DNA of 64,000 bases from Candidatus Binatia bacterium (GCA_963664395.2 OY761159.2:3136001-3200000); one strand, 5' to 3'. Positions 10,726-20,089 are shown, counted from the stretch's first letter. The notes: a model not told the origin generated them from the sequence alone. Numbers and translations are program-made.

Positions 10726-11023
10726 GGTACTGTCAAATCGCGCTGAGGTCTCCCATCAACCTACCCGCCAGCGCGAACGCCATATGCGCCGCTTCAAGTC
10801 TCTACGCCAGGTCCAGCGGTTTCTCTCCGTCCATAGCCCCATCAATAATCTCTTTCGGGTGGGACGGCATCTCATGAAGGCGGCTCACTATCGACGGTTT
10901 CGAGAGCAGGCCTTTACAACGTGGCGAGAGGTGACAATGGGTCAGGCAGCGGCGTAAGAGGGGCTCTCATCTGACCTCACACTACATGATGTGCTCGCTC
11001 CGTTTCGATAACTTGACAGTACG
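10726..11023 (+). mobile_element. Internally deleted IS6-family element retaining both terminal inverted repeats
   Basis: GGTACTGTCAA at 10726 and TTGACAGTAC(G) at 11013-11023 flank only the transposase C-terminus NRAEVSHQPTRQRER.MRRFKS. Confidence 0.85.
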
Positions 11024-11075
11024 GCGCGAAATGACCTAGGACTCGAACATCAACTCAGATTCAGGGGGAGGGGAG

Positions 11076-11783
11076 ATGAATATTCGAAACCAATTGATTT
11101 GTGCCTGGTCCGCGGTGGGGTTCGCCGTGATTTGTCTGGCCGGGTTTTTGTTCGCGAATTTCATTCCGCCGATTTCGCCGAACCTCAGCGCCGAAGAAGT
11201 TGCGGCGATCTATAGCGAAAACGCCCTGTCCATGCGCTTCGGGATTTTGCTGATTATGAGCAGTGCCGGGTTTATTTGTTCGTTCGCTGCGGCGCTGGCC
11301 ATGCAGATGAAACGTATCGAAGGCGATCTCGTCCCCGTATTTACGTTCGCGCAACTTGGCGCTGGCTGTATCACCACGCTGGTGTTTGTGTTTGCAGGCG
11401 TGTTTTGGACGGGGGCGGCATTCCGGCCTGATCACGATCCTGAGTTGACCCGGATGCTGAACGATCTTGGTTGGATCACGATGTTAATGACCTTCGCGCC
11501 GTTCATAATCCAGAACATTGCCCTCGGCCTGTGTATCTTGAGTGATAAGCAGGCGGAGCCGGTATTCCCGCGTTGGGTCGGTTACTACAATCTATGGGTG
11601 GCGGTGCTGTTTGTTCCTGGCGGGCTTTTAACCTTTTTCAAGACGGGGCCTTTCGCGTGGGATGGCTTGTTTGTCTGGTGGGTACCGTTTGCGGTCTTTT
11701 TTACCTGGTATCTCGCGATGTTCTACATCCTTCTGGGCGCGATAAAACGGCAGGCGCAATCTGAACCGGCGGTGGCCGCCTAG
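11076..11783 (+). CDS. Hypothetical multi-pass membrane protein
   Basis: 235 aa with about 6 hydrophobic segments; PVFPRWVGYYN and FKTGPFAWDG motifs; strong RBS. Confidence 0.8.
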   Translation: MNIRNQLICAWSAVGFAVICLAGFLFANFIPPISPNLSAEEVAAIYSENALSMRFGILLIMSSAGFICSFAAALAMQMKRIEGDLVPVFTFAQLGAGCITTLVFVFAGVFWTGAAFRPDHDPELTRMLNDLGWITMLMTFAPFIIQNIALGLCILSDKQAEPVFPRWVGYYNLWVAVLFVPGGLLTFFKTGPFAWDGLFVWWVPFAVFFTWYLAMFYILLGAIKRQAQSEPAVAA

Positions 11784-11798
11784 AAAGACGAATCACCA

Positions 11799-12386
11799 AT
11801 GTCTTCAACTGACGAGCTGCCGGACTCGGTCGAGCCGCACCTGCCTGGCGAAACCGGCGTTTGGATGTTCATCATCGGTGACGTCCTGGTCTTTTCGCTG
11901 TTGTTCGCGGTATTTGTCTACGATCGATCGCAAGAAGTCGCGTTATTCGTCGAACAGCAGCAACTGCTCAACCAAACCTTCGGGCTCGTCAACACCTTGC
12001 TCTTGTTGACGAGTTCTTGGTTCGTCGTACTCGCCGTTCTCGGCGCTCGGACAGGCCAGCTTTCGCGGGCCCGCGGCTGTTTCGTGTTGGCAACCCTTGG
12101 CGGTATTGGTTTCGTCGTCCTCAAATATTTTGAATGGAGCGAAAAGCTTGCCGCCGGTTTGACTATAGAAACGAATAATTTCTTTATGTACTACTACCTG
12201 ATGACTGGTATCCACCTGATGCACATGGTGATTGGGATTGGTGTTCTGGTTTTCCTCTGGCACTCCGTGCGCGATGCGGAATTTGATGCTCAAGGCGTGG
12301 GCGTGCTCGAAAGCGGGGCGTGTTATTGGCACCTCGTGGACATCTTGTGGATCGCGCTTTTCGCGCTGCTGTATCTGATGCGGTGA
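11799..12386 (+). CDS. Cytochrome c oxidase subunit III / NorE-like protein
   Basis: GVWMFI.GD, NTLLLLTSS, FFMYYYLMTGIH..H and YWHLVDILWI motifs. Confidence 0.9.
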   Translation: MSSTDELPDSVEPHLPGETGVWMFIIGDVLVFSLLFAVFVYDRSQEVALFVEQQQLLNQTFGLVNTLLLLTSSWFVVLAVLGARTGQLSRARGCFVLATLGGIGFVVLKYFEWSEKLAAGLTIETNNFFMYYYLMTGIHLMHMVIGIGVLVFLWHSVRDAEFDAQGVGVLESGACYWHLVDILWIALFALLYLMR

Positions 12387-12389
12387 CGC

Positions 12390-12665
12390 ATGGCAGTTTC
12401 GCTTCAATCCAGAGTGACCGTTATTTGGGCCGGCTTGATAGTGGCGACGGGATTGTCGTGGCAGTTTGGGCATGGATTCGGTTTTGGGGAGAAATTTCAC
12501 TACGCGACCGTCGCCATTTTGATTATCACCTTTGTCAAAATCCGTTTCGTCTTTCTTGATTTCATGGAACTCAGAACGGCGCCATGGCCACTGCGAATGG
12601 CGTTTGAAGTGTGGGCCATCTCGCTCTGTGTCACCCTCATTGGACTGTATTGGTTAGGGGTGTAG
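12390..12665 (+). CDS. Cytochrome c oxidase subunit IV / NorF-like protein
   Basis: Three TM helices with a K.RFVFLDFMELR.AP motif. Confidence 0.8.
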   Translation: MAVSLQSRVTVIWAGLIVATGLSWQFGHGFGFGEKFHYATVAILIITFVKIRFVFLDFMELRTAPWPLRMAFEVWAISLCVTLIGLYWLGV

Positions 12666-12755
12666 TGCAGGGTTTCTTCCAATCACCGATACATCTGAAC
12701 CACTAAAAGAACAAACTAAAGTAATGCCGAAGACTTCTTAGATGGGGACAGTAAC

Positions 12756-13433
12756 ATGTTAATAACAAATCCTGGCGGTGAAATCGCCGTCGTTCATACA
12801 CTCACTTTCGAGGACGCAGAGCAGCGACGGCAGTTTCACGAGTATGCAAATACGCCCGATGGATTACCTGTGGCGCGTGAAGCGCCTGGGAACCTGTTCG
12901 TGAGTCCATATGATGCCTGTCATAACGAGCGCACAACGTATATGTTCAGTCGCTGGGAAAGCGAGGAAGCTTGGGACGCCTATTCGCAGCACAGAAAAGA
13001 CATTTCTCCCGATTGGTTCCTGCCGATGATGGAACCCCAGCATATTTTGCGTTTACGCGAGCTAGACTCTAGTCCAACAATAAACAGCACCCAGGCACCC
13101 TTGTATGGCGCGCCCCCGGGCAGCGTCTGCAATTTTCACATCTGGCAATTTGACAACGCCGAATTTAGAGATGAGGTCAACGAGTTTTGGGGAATGGAAC
13201 CGGGTCTTCCGTCATCTGTGGCATATCCCGGAAATATCGTTGTCTCGGCATTTGAAGCCATTGATAGAGAAAATCAACTCGTTGTCGTGAGCGCATGGGA
13301 AAGCGAAGAAATTTTTAAGGCTTACCGGCAAATGAGAAGAGACACAGCGCCTCCTATTGTCCAACCCTTTCTGGTAGACGAAGTAATGGTTCAGGCAACG
13401 GTTGTGGATTCGGATCAGAGGGCGCGCATTTAA
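12756..13433 (+). CDS. Tandem ABM-like (dimeric alpha/beta barrel) protein
   Basis: Internal duplication: PGNLFVS...RWESEEAWDAY..HR and PGNIVVS...AWESEEIFKAY..MR. Confidence 0.7.
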   Translation: MLITNPGGEIAVVHTLTFEDAEQRRQFHEYANTPDGLPVAREAPGNLFVSPYDACHNERTTYMFSRWESEEAWDAYSQHRKDISPDWFLPMMEPQHILRLRELDSSPTINSTQAPLYGAPPGSVCNFHIWQFDNAEFRDEVNEFWGMEPGLPSSVAYPGNIVVSAFEAIDRENQLVVVSAWESEEIFKAYRQMRRDTAPPIVQPFLVDEVMVQATVVDSDQRARI

Positions 13434-13547
13434 AGCCAGAAAAGGTGTCAGGTTTATTTCTGGTCCCCTATTTCCCGACTTTGCCTGCGCGTGGTAAGTC
13501 GCTCGAAGTGCTACATCCCGTTCATGCTACGCACCGGCTTTCCGTCG

Positions 13548-13630
13548 GGTATTGTCAAGTTGTGGGCCTCTTGTGAAGCATCGCGGTGATATGGCAGTAG
13601 TCACGGCGTGCTCACCCGTACCACAGGTCT
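13548..13630 (-). mobile_element. IS6-family end remnant
   Basis: GGTATTGTCAAGTT terminus; about 80 bp similar to 15683-15765. Confidence 0.65.
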
Positions 13631-13693
13631 CTATGCTGCTGACAGTCCGGCCATTCCACCGCCAATCACTATAACTTTCACACGATTCCTCAC
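13631..13693 (-). pseudogene. N-terminal stub of an FAD-dependent oxidoreductase
   Basis: VKVIVIGGGMAGLSAA* ends at the IS6 remnant. Confidence 0.6.
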
Positions 13694-13736
13694 TTTTCGG
13701 TTGCTATCGTACCCACAATCAACGCCAGCTCGAGAA

Positions 13737-14393
13737 TCAGGGAGAACCTTCTGCCGGCTTAGCCATTTGCTGCATGAGAGTAGGAGGTCCCTCGCTGAGT
13801 CGCGCCTCGCCTGTCGGGACAAATGCGCCGCCGATCTTACCGAGGAGAATCTGCGCGTTCATTTCTGCGCCCTCCTTCCCGGCCTCTTTAATCGCAGGGA
13901 ACTGGGCCATCAAGATGTCGGCAGCGCTGTGGTAGACGTGCGACGGGTCTCCGCGCCAAGCCGGTAGCGCTGCGAGCTGCTCCTCGCTGAGGTCCTTTAC
14001 GAAATGCCGCGCTTGCAGGGGCATTAACTCCGCATTGTCCAAGCCCTCGAACTCCTTGTAATTCATGACCTGCGTCACCACTAATTTCTTGGCGTAGGCG
14101 GGATGGTCGGCGAACAAAACACTCCAACAGTCCGTGCAATAAAAGCGAGTGGTGTCGGCGTTTTCGAAATTCAGAAAGGCCCCAAGCTTATCCTCGCCCG
14201 TCACGATCTTGAACTCATTTGGGAACCAACTGGTATCCAAACACTGATGGATCGGAAGGGAAGGCCCCCCGCGCTTGTTCGCGTACCACAAGGCCGCAGT
14301 GCAATCGTGGCAGCAACACTCAAGCCGGAACAAATCGTTTTTGGTGAAGAACTCAATTTGCACGGTTGTACACTTACAAGTAATAGTCGCCAT
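13737..14393 (-). CDS. GFA/Mss4-like zinc-binding protein with C-terminal extension
   Basis: CKC...CCCHDC...RFYCTDCW zinc-ligand pattern. Confidence 0.75.
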   Translation of the reverse strand: MATITCKCTTVQIEFFTKNDLFRLECCCHDCTAALWYANKRGGPSLPIHQCLDTSWFPNEFKIVTGEDKLGAFLNFENADTTRFYCTDCWSVLFADHPAYAKKLVVTQVMNYKEFEGLDNAELMPLQARHFVKDLSEEQLAALPAWRGDPSHVYHSAADILMAQFPAIKEAGKEGAEMNAQILLGKIGGAFVPTGEARLSEGPPTLMQQMAKPAEGSP

Positions 14394-14627
14394 ATGTCAG
14401 TGTCCGGTACGCAAGATTGTTGGCAACAAGGCTACTCGCCCAAAAGAGGAAGTCAAGTTAAGTGAGTCACTACAGACAAAATCTAGTGTATGTGCGGCGC
14501 GATGTGCGAGGTAAAAAGATCGAGCGATCTTTGGCTTTCCTCCGGACTCAATGAGCCCCATGCGAACGAACCGACGAAATAATTGATCCCACTCTCCGAG
14601 ACCAACTTAATTGCCGTCTTACTGACC

Positions 14628-15575
14628 TTAGCTGGACACAACAAACTCCACTAAAACCCGACACTCAATCGATTCGCGCGCGGGTGTGGCAGCATCCGAG
14701 GCGGCGAGGCGAAAAGAAGTATGGGCGGTATTTGGCGGACATTGTTCGGCGGTGCACGCTCCGAGTTCGGCTGAAGAGTCGAACACCTTAAAAATGAAAG
14801 CCTCGTTGTGGCGCATTTCGCTATAGTAGATCCAACGCTGCTCGGGATTTCTGACAACAGTGACCACTTCCCCGACTCGGTCGGGATAAATATAGAGACT
14901 GTTGAGGAAGTCCTCCGGACGGGCAGATTGGGCATCGAGTACCGCGAGTGGGTAATCCAAGACTGGGTAGTCCTTGCGGAAATGCCGCCAGGCATTAAAT
15001 ATCCCAAACCGTCCGGACGCTATTTTTTCCGCCTCGTGCTCCGTTAATGGCGGTTTGGGCAAGGTCAAACTACCGCCCGCCTCTTTCGCTTTAGACAATA
15101 GGCGCACCCGATTTTTCGCCGAAGCACTCGTGTTGTCGTTATGCGCCGTACTCGCATAGCCGCCGACGTTCTCGCCGTTGGTCTCTTTTTCTCCTTTGGC
15201 TTTTCGGACCCTTGAGCGAATCGTGTGGTCGAAAACAATCGCGCGTTTCACCGCATCGGCACCGCCAAGCGCTTCAGTCACGAGGCGACTCATTTCAGGG
15301 TAATACGTATGCACGATCTTCTCGGAGTCCAAGCCATCGTTGTGTAAATCGAGGGCTGTGTCGAAATCCCCGGCCAGGCAATAGCCATTTCTCATTAACG
15401 CTGGGGGCTTTGACAACGTCCGGCCGTCGTGCACCCCAACGGGAAACGGTTTTGATTCACCATTTTTGCGCCGCGTCACCCCGGCCGGCAGTTGTTTAAA
15501 ACTGTTGTCATACGTGTAGCGCTGGCTGCCATCCGAGTTCGGGATTGCATAATGAATCTGTGCTGTCGTTATCAT
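14628..15575 (-). CDS. CmcJ/NvfI (AsaB-like) family oxidoreductase
   Basis: YYPE, VFDHTIR, AHND, FNAWR, PLAVLDA, HTSF and RESIECR motifs. Confidence 0.88.
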   Translation of the reverse strand: MITTAQIHYAIPNSDGSQRYTYDNSFKQLPAGVTRRKNGESKPFPVGVHDGRTLSKPPALMRNGYCLAGDFDTALDLHNDGLDSEKIVHTYYPEMSRLVTEALGGADAVKRAIVFDHTIRSRVRKAKGEKETNGENVGGYASTAHNDNTSASAKNRVRLLSKAKEAGGSLTLPKPPLTEHEAEKIASGRFGIFNAWRHFRKDYPVLDYPLAVLDAQSARPEDFLNSLYIYPDRVGEVVTVVRNPEQRWIYYSEMRHNEAFIFKVFDSSAELGACTAEQCPPNTAHTSFRLAASDAATPARESIECRVLVEFVVSS

Positions 15576-15682
15576 TGCACGCCTCAAAAATTTATTCTCA
15601 CCAAGAAATGATTACACGACTATAGGCCACCTGCCTGCCGGCGGCGATTTTTTAGGTGATGCATTGTTTCTTCCCTGTGAAA

Positions 15683-15765
15683 GATATTGTCAAGTTGTTG
15701 GCCCTTTGTGAAGGATAGCAGTGAAGTGCACCAAGTCATGGCATGTCCTCACCTACCACAAGTCA
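15683..15765 (-). mobile_element. IS6-family end remnant
   Basis: GATATTGTCAAGTT terminus; diverged direct repeat of 13548-13630. Confidence 0.6.
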
Positions 15766-15893
15766 GTACAAGAATCAGCCGTATCACCGCTTCGGCCTCA
15801 GCTTATGCCAGCGCTTCCAATAACGCCTTCGCCTTTCGACTTGTGACACACCCGCCAACCTGCTAGGGCCGTAGGCAAAAGGAGGATTCTATT

Positions 15894-16349
15894 ATGCCGG
15901 TTTCAACTCCCTTTACGGGTGGGTGCGCGTGTGGCGCGATTCGGTATGCATGTTCGGCTGAGCCTATGATGTCTCTCAATTGTCACTGTCGTGACTGCCA
16001 ACGCGCCACGGGCAGCGCGTACAATACCGTAGTTGGTGTTCCTGCCGCCAAGGTGCAGTTCACCCAAGGGAGTCCCCAATACTATGAGACGTCTGGGGAG
16101 CGCGGGACCTCGGTCCGCCATGGCTTCTGTCCGACGTGTGGCTCTCCGCTGGTCGCCCTCCCGTCGGCGTATCCCGCCATGATGTCCCTCCACGCCAGTA
16201 GCTTGGATGATCCTAGTTGGGTTCGGCCTGCCGCCGACATTTGGACGGCCAGTGCCCAACCGTGGGATGCGATGAATCCCGCGATTCCAAAGTTTGAGAC
16301 CCAGCCAACAGAGGAGGAATTTCAGGCCATCCTAGCCCCACGGAGTTAA
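15894..16349 (+). CDS. GFA-family protein
   Basis: GGCACGAIRY, CHCRDCQR, FCPTCGS and SLDDPSW motifs. Confidence 0.92.
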   Translation: MPVSTPFTGGCACGAIRYACSAEPMMSLNCHCRDCQRATGSAYNTVVGVPAAKVQFTQGSPQYYETSGERGTSVRHGFCPTCGSPLVALPSAYPAMMSLHASSLDDPSWVRPAADIWTASAQPWDAMNPAIPKFETQPTEEEFQAILAPRS

Positions 16350-16361
16350 TCACCGCCTGTG

Positions 16362-16393
16362 CAAGCAGACGCAGCAGGAGCTGCGTCTGCTTG
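16362..16393. terminator. 14-bp stem-loop between convergent genes
   Basis: CAAGCAGACGCAGC-agga-GCTGCGTCTGCTTG. Confidence 0.6.
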
Positions 16394-16398
16394 TCTTC

Positions 16399-17676
16399 TT
16401 AGAAGAAGATAAAGGATCGGACCACGACGTTCCTGCGGCAGGAGGCGTCGTCGGGCGCGGTTGGGTCGATGCAGGCAGAGTGGAAAGACCAGCGCGAGAC
16501 GGAGCCGTCGGTGACCGAGTCGTAGCACTTGAGCATCGAGACCTCGGTGGGCTTCTGCTCGGGAAGCCAGTACCACTCGTGGTTGGGGCGGTAGGTGAAG
16601 CGGGTGGTCTCGCCGACGCGGTCGTCGTAGATACGGTAGTTGTTGATGTACGGCTGGTCGGCGAAAGAGGGCCAGGCGCACAGCACGAAGGGGTTCTGGC
16701 GCACGGTCTCCATCGGCTTGGCGAGGTTGATCGACATGAACCGCCGCGACATCTTGGCGTCGGCCTCGGCCTCCGTGTAGTGCTGCGTGCGCCCGAAGTT
16801 GCGCAGGTTCTTCGTGAGCAGCTCGCGGCAGCGCACGCGGCCGCTGTTGTCATTCAGGTCGTTGTGCACGATATTGGCGTAGAAGGTGTTGACCCCAGGA
16901 TTCTTGTTGTCCTGATCCTCCTTGACATCGCCCTTGTAATCCTTGTCAAACACGTCGTGGTTGTACACGAGCGCATCGGTCGCACCGGGGAAGAAATCGA
17001 GCAGGAGTTTCTCTATCTCCGGGTAGAACACGCGCTCCACCTCGGTCGCGTCGTAGAAATTTTGGCACTTCGATTCGCAGTGGGCGAGCGAGACGCCGAG
17101 CTTGTCCATGCACTCGGAGCTCGTGGGCGAGAGACCGGGATGGTACTCCTGCATGCGTCGCGCGTCGCGCAGGATTTGCGGAAAATAGAGACCTCGCCGC
17201 CCGATCTCCTGCTCTTCCTTGCGAAACATTTTTACCTCGGCCGCGTGCGCCGGGTCCCGCCAGATGGCGTTGGACGAGACGATGGAGTAGGACGGCTGTT
17301 CGTGGACAGTGTAGCGTAGCGGAAGTGCGACGCCGCCCTCAGGAGCCTCGATGTTGCTCGACCGAATATATTCCAGGCACTCTGCGTAGCTACGAAAGCC
17401 GAGGCCCCACCTGGTCTCGATCGGGCCGGGAGGGGCGTTCTCGATCATGTCGATGACCGCTTGCCCTTCACCCTCGGCAACCTGGCGGAGCGCCGCCTCC
17501 ATTGCCGCAGCAGTTCCCGCATCCCCGCCCCGGTCGAACGACATATAGGATAAACCACCGTTCGCCGCGATGGGTGGCGGCTGCCCTACTGTGAGTTGGA
17601 GGGGAGGCACATAGGCCGACGAAACGCTCTCCGTAATCCCCACAATGTTGTTCTCGATGGTCTTGACCCGGTCCAT
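16399..17676 (-). CDS. CmcJ/NvfI-family oxidoreductase with long N-terminal extension
   Basis: FYPEIE, VHND, HEWYW, LKCYDS, FHSA and RRNVVVR motifs; start chosen at MDRVK after a GGGAGG RBS. Confidence 0.85.
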   Translation of the reverse strand: MDRVKTIENNIVGITESVSSAYVPPLQLTVGQPPPIAANGGLSYMSFDRGGDAGTAAAMEAALRQVAEGEGQAVIDMIENAPPGPIETRWGLGFRSYAECLEYIRSSNIEAPEGGVALPLRYTVHEQPSYSIVSSNAIWRDPAHAAEVKMFRKEEQEIGRRGLYFPQILRDARRMQEYHPGLSPTSSECMDKLGVSLAHCESKCQNFYDATEVERVFYPEIEKLLLDFFPGATDALVYNHDVFDKDYKGDVKEDQDNKNPGVNTFYANIVHNDLNDNSGRVRCRELLTKNLRNFGRTQHYTEAEADAKMSRRFMSINLAKPMETVRQNPFVLCAWPSFADQPYINNYRIYDDRVGETTRFTYRPNHEWYWLPEQKPTEVSMLKCYDSVTDGSVSRWSFHSACIDPTAPDDASCRRNVVVRSFIFF

Positions 17677-17883
17677 AGCATGCCTCCCAGTTAAAGATGC
17701 CAAATCGTGGCACACAGGGTTTGTCTTGGCAAGAGCCTATATTGCCTGGTCTTCAGATGTTGCTCCATTCCCCTGTCAACGGCCATCGTCGTCTCGTTCG
17801 TTTCCCCGGCGGCGTCACCGCAGCGTCAGCAAATAGAGCGGGCAATATCGCTTGCGTGACTCGAGTCTCGGAAGTGAGGCAGC

Positions 17884-18255
17884 TTAGTCCAAGGCGTAGA
17901 TCGTGCCTGTGATTGACCGCGTCGCTAAATCCCACACTTCGACGAAGAAAAAGCAATTCCCGTCTGTAGCCATGTTAATCGCCTTCACTTCCCACTGGTG
18001 GTGCCCACTCTTGCGCCATACCCCCGTGACGACTTGGGGCACCACGCTGCCATCCGGGCGAAAATCTTGGACCCGGCCCGTCAGTGGGCCCGTCTCCCCG
18101 GCCGCATCCACCGCCGGGCCGAACGTTGCCGTATACATATACGTGCCGAACGACCCGGCGTCTCCCTCGGCATTCATAACGGAGCCTTCCGCCGTTATCG
18201 TTGCTGACGTGACCTTCCCCGTGTAATCCGCAACCTTCTCCCCAATTGGACCCAT
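17884..18255 (-). CDS. Hypothetical beta-rich protein
   Basis: AAGGAG RBS before MGPIGEK; 123 aa; no family recognised. Confidence 0.7.
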   Translation of the reverse strand: MGPIGEKVADYTGKVTSATITAEGSVMNAEGDAGSFGTYMYTATFGPAVDAAGETGPLTGRVQDFRPDGSVVPQVVTGVWRKSGHHQWEVKAINMATDGNCFFFVEVWDLATRSITGTIYALD

Positions 18256-18539
18256 CGCTCTGCTCCTTTTCTCTGCCGGTCGTCCCAGGGAGAGCCTGCG
18301 GCCCCTCCGCTGGCTCTCCCTGGGAGGATTGATCAACCCCTTATACCCCCCTACATCGTCGTGTCTGTGTAAGCTACCGCAAATTGTACCTGGGAGCCGT
18401 CTCCCGTAGGCTAGAGCGCCGGATAGACGAGCAACAGAATACGTCCATCCTATTGTAATCAGGATAGTCGAGGACCGTCTTCAGGAAAGATCGGATTCCT
18501 GGTATGGGTGCGTCGATAGCATCCCAAAGGGGAAAACAC

Positions 18540-19007
18540 GTGGCAGGACGATTGGATGGAAAGGGCGCTCTTGTGACCGGAGGTGCATCGGGTATTGGCC
18601 AGGCGACAGCACTCATCTTTGCGCGCGAAGGCGCAAAAGTGGTGGTGGCTGATGTCGCGGTCGAGGGTGGAGAGGGGACGGTCCGGCAAATTCAAGCCGC
18701 GGGCGGGGAAGCCATTTTTGTCCAAACCGATGTCTCACAAGCGGCCGCCGTTGAAGCCCTGGTGAACAAGGCGGTCGAAACGTATGGCCGCCTCGACTGT
18801 GCGTTTAATAATGCGGGAATTAGCGGCGCGGTGAAGACGACGACTGAGTGCACGGAAGAAGAGTTTGACCGCACGATTGCCGTCAACCTGACTGGGGTGT
18901 GGTTGTGCATGAAGTATGAAATTCCACAGATGCTCAGCCAAGGGGGCGGTTCGATTGTGAATACCGCCTCGGCCGCAGATAGCGCTGCCGATCACCTACA
19001 GACCTGA
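18540..19007 (+). pseudogene. 3'-truncated SDR, paralog of 40492-41253
   Basis: TGGASGIG, NNAG and VNTAS present; YxxxK and the C-terminal third are missing. Confidence 0.85.
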
Positions 19008-19127
19008 GCCTCCGGGTTTCGTGGAGAAAAGGCGATTTGCCCCTCGTCCAATCCAGGGTAAGTTAGCGTCTCACTGATCGGCGCAGAAGAAACCTCACAG
19101 ATGGACACATCGGCCCTGGAGTGATGT

Positions 19128-19373
19128 ATGCCTAGACCGCTGTTGTTTGCGGCGTTCGTCATGAACACCGCGTCTCACATCCTGCATGGCGTGTGGCGCC
19201 GACCGGATGCCCGTCAGATCGAATTTAACTCCCTGGAGCTGTGGGTCAACCGGTCGAAGGAACGGTACTGTCCTAATTAGGCCGCTTGAGGCTTTTAAGC
19301 AGATGGAAAATCAAAGACTTAGCCTGACAAATGAGTTCAAATTAGGACAGTACCGAAGGAACTGGAGGTTTGA
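19128..19373 (+). pseudogene. NtaA/DmoA monooxygenase N-terminal stub interrupted by a MITE
   Basis: MPRPLLFAAFVMNTASHILHGVWRRP...LWVNRSKE|LEV*; the frame is restored by removing the MITE and one TSD copy. Confidence 0.75.
19264..19354. mobile_element. 91-bp MITE with 15-bp TIRs and 8-bp TSD
   Basis: GGTACTGTCCTAATT...AATTAGGACAGTACC flanked by GAAGGAAC at 19256-19263 and 19355-19362. Confidence 0.92.
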
Positions 19374-19447
19374 CTTTCAGAAGCCAAAGAGCCTATACTC
19401 CCTGCACGAATTCTCTGACAATTCGCTGACGAAAAGGAGGATGTCCC

Positions 19448-20089
19448 ATGGCACACACCACAGCGTTTGATCCGCACAGGAAAACCGATTGGCGCATTGA
19501 TCCCGCAAACGTCGCGCTTCTCATTATCGATATGGAGAACGACGTCCTGCTACCTGGAGCGCACAGCGAGGTACCGGCCGCTCGTGAGATCGTCCCAACC
19601 ATCAACCGGCTGGCTCACACGTGCCGGCAAGCGGGAGTACCGGTCATTTGGATCCGGCATGTTGAACGGAAAGACGGCAGCGATGCCGGCCTGATGTGGG
19701 ATTTTCTGCCGCCCATGATCGAAGGGACGACAGGGGTCGAGCTCTACGCCGAGCTTGACGTCCAGCCTGAAGATCATCAGGTCCAAAAGTGTCGCTGGAG
19801 CGCGCTCATTCCTGGCTCGTCTAACCTTGAGGGCCTCTTGCGAGGTCTCAAAAGGGAAAGTCTGATTATCACCGGGGTTGCTACCAATATCTGTTGTGAG
19901 TCCACCGCACGGGACGCTGCGATGCTGGACTATAAGGTGTTTTTTGTCAGCGACGCCAACGCCACCTATTCGCAACAGGCCCATGAGGCAAGCCTCGAAA
20001 TTCTGCGTCTGGCCTTCTGCCGGGTGCTCACGAGCGATGAAGTGATCGCTGAGCTCGAAGTGCCAGACAGCCTGCGGGCGACTGCCTAA
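19448..20089 (+). CDS. Isochorismatase-family cysteine hydrolase
   Basis: ALLIIDMEND, K.RWSA and TGVATNICCESTARDA (D-K-C triad). Confidence 0.92.
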   Translation: MAHTTAFDPHRKTDWRIDPANVALLIIDMENDVLLPGAHSEVPAAREIVPTINRLAHTCRQAGVPVIWIRHVERKDGSDAGLMWDFLPPMIEGTTGVELYAELDVQPEDHQVQKCRWSALIPGSSNLEGLLRGLKRESLIITGVATNICCESTARDAAMLDYKVFFVSDANATYSQQAHEASLEILRLAFCRVLTSDEVIAELEVPDSLRATA

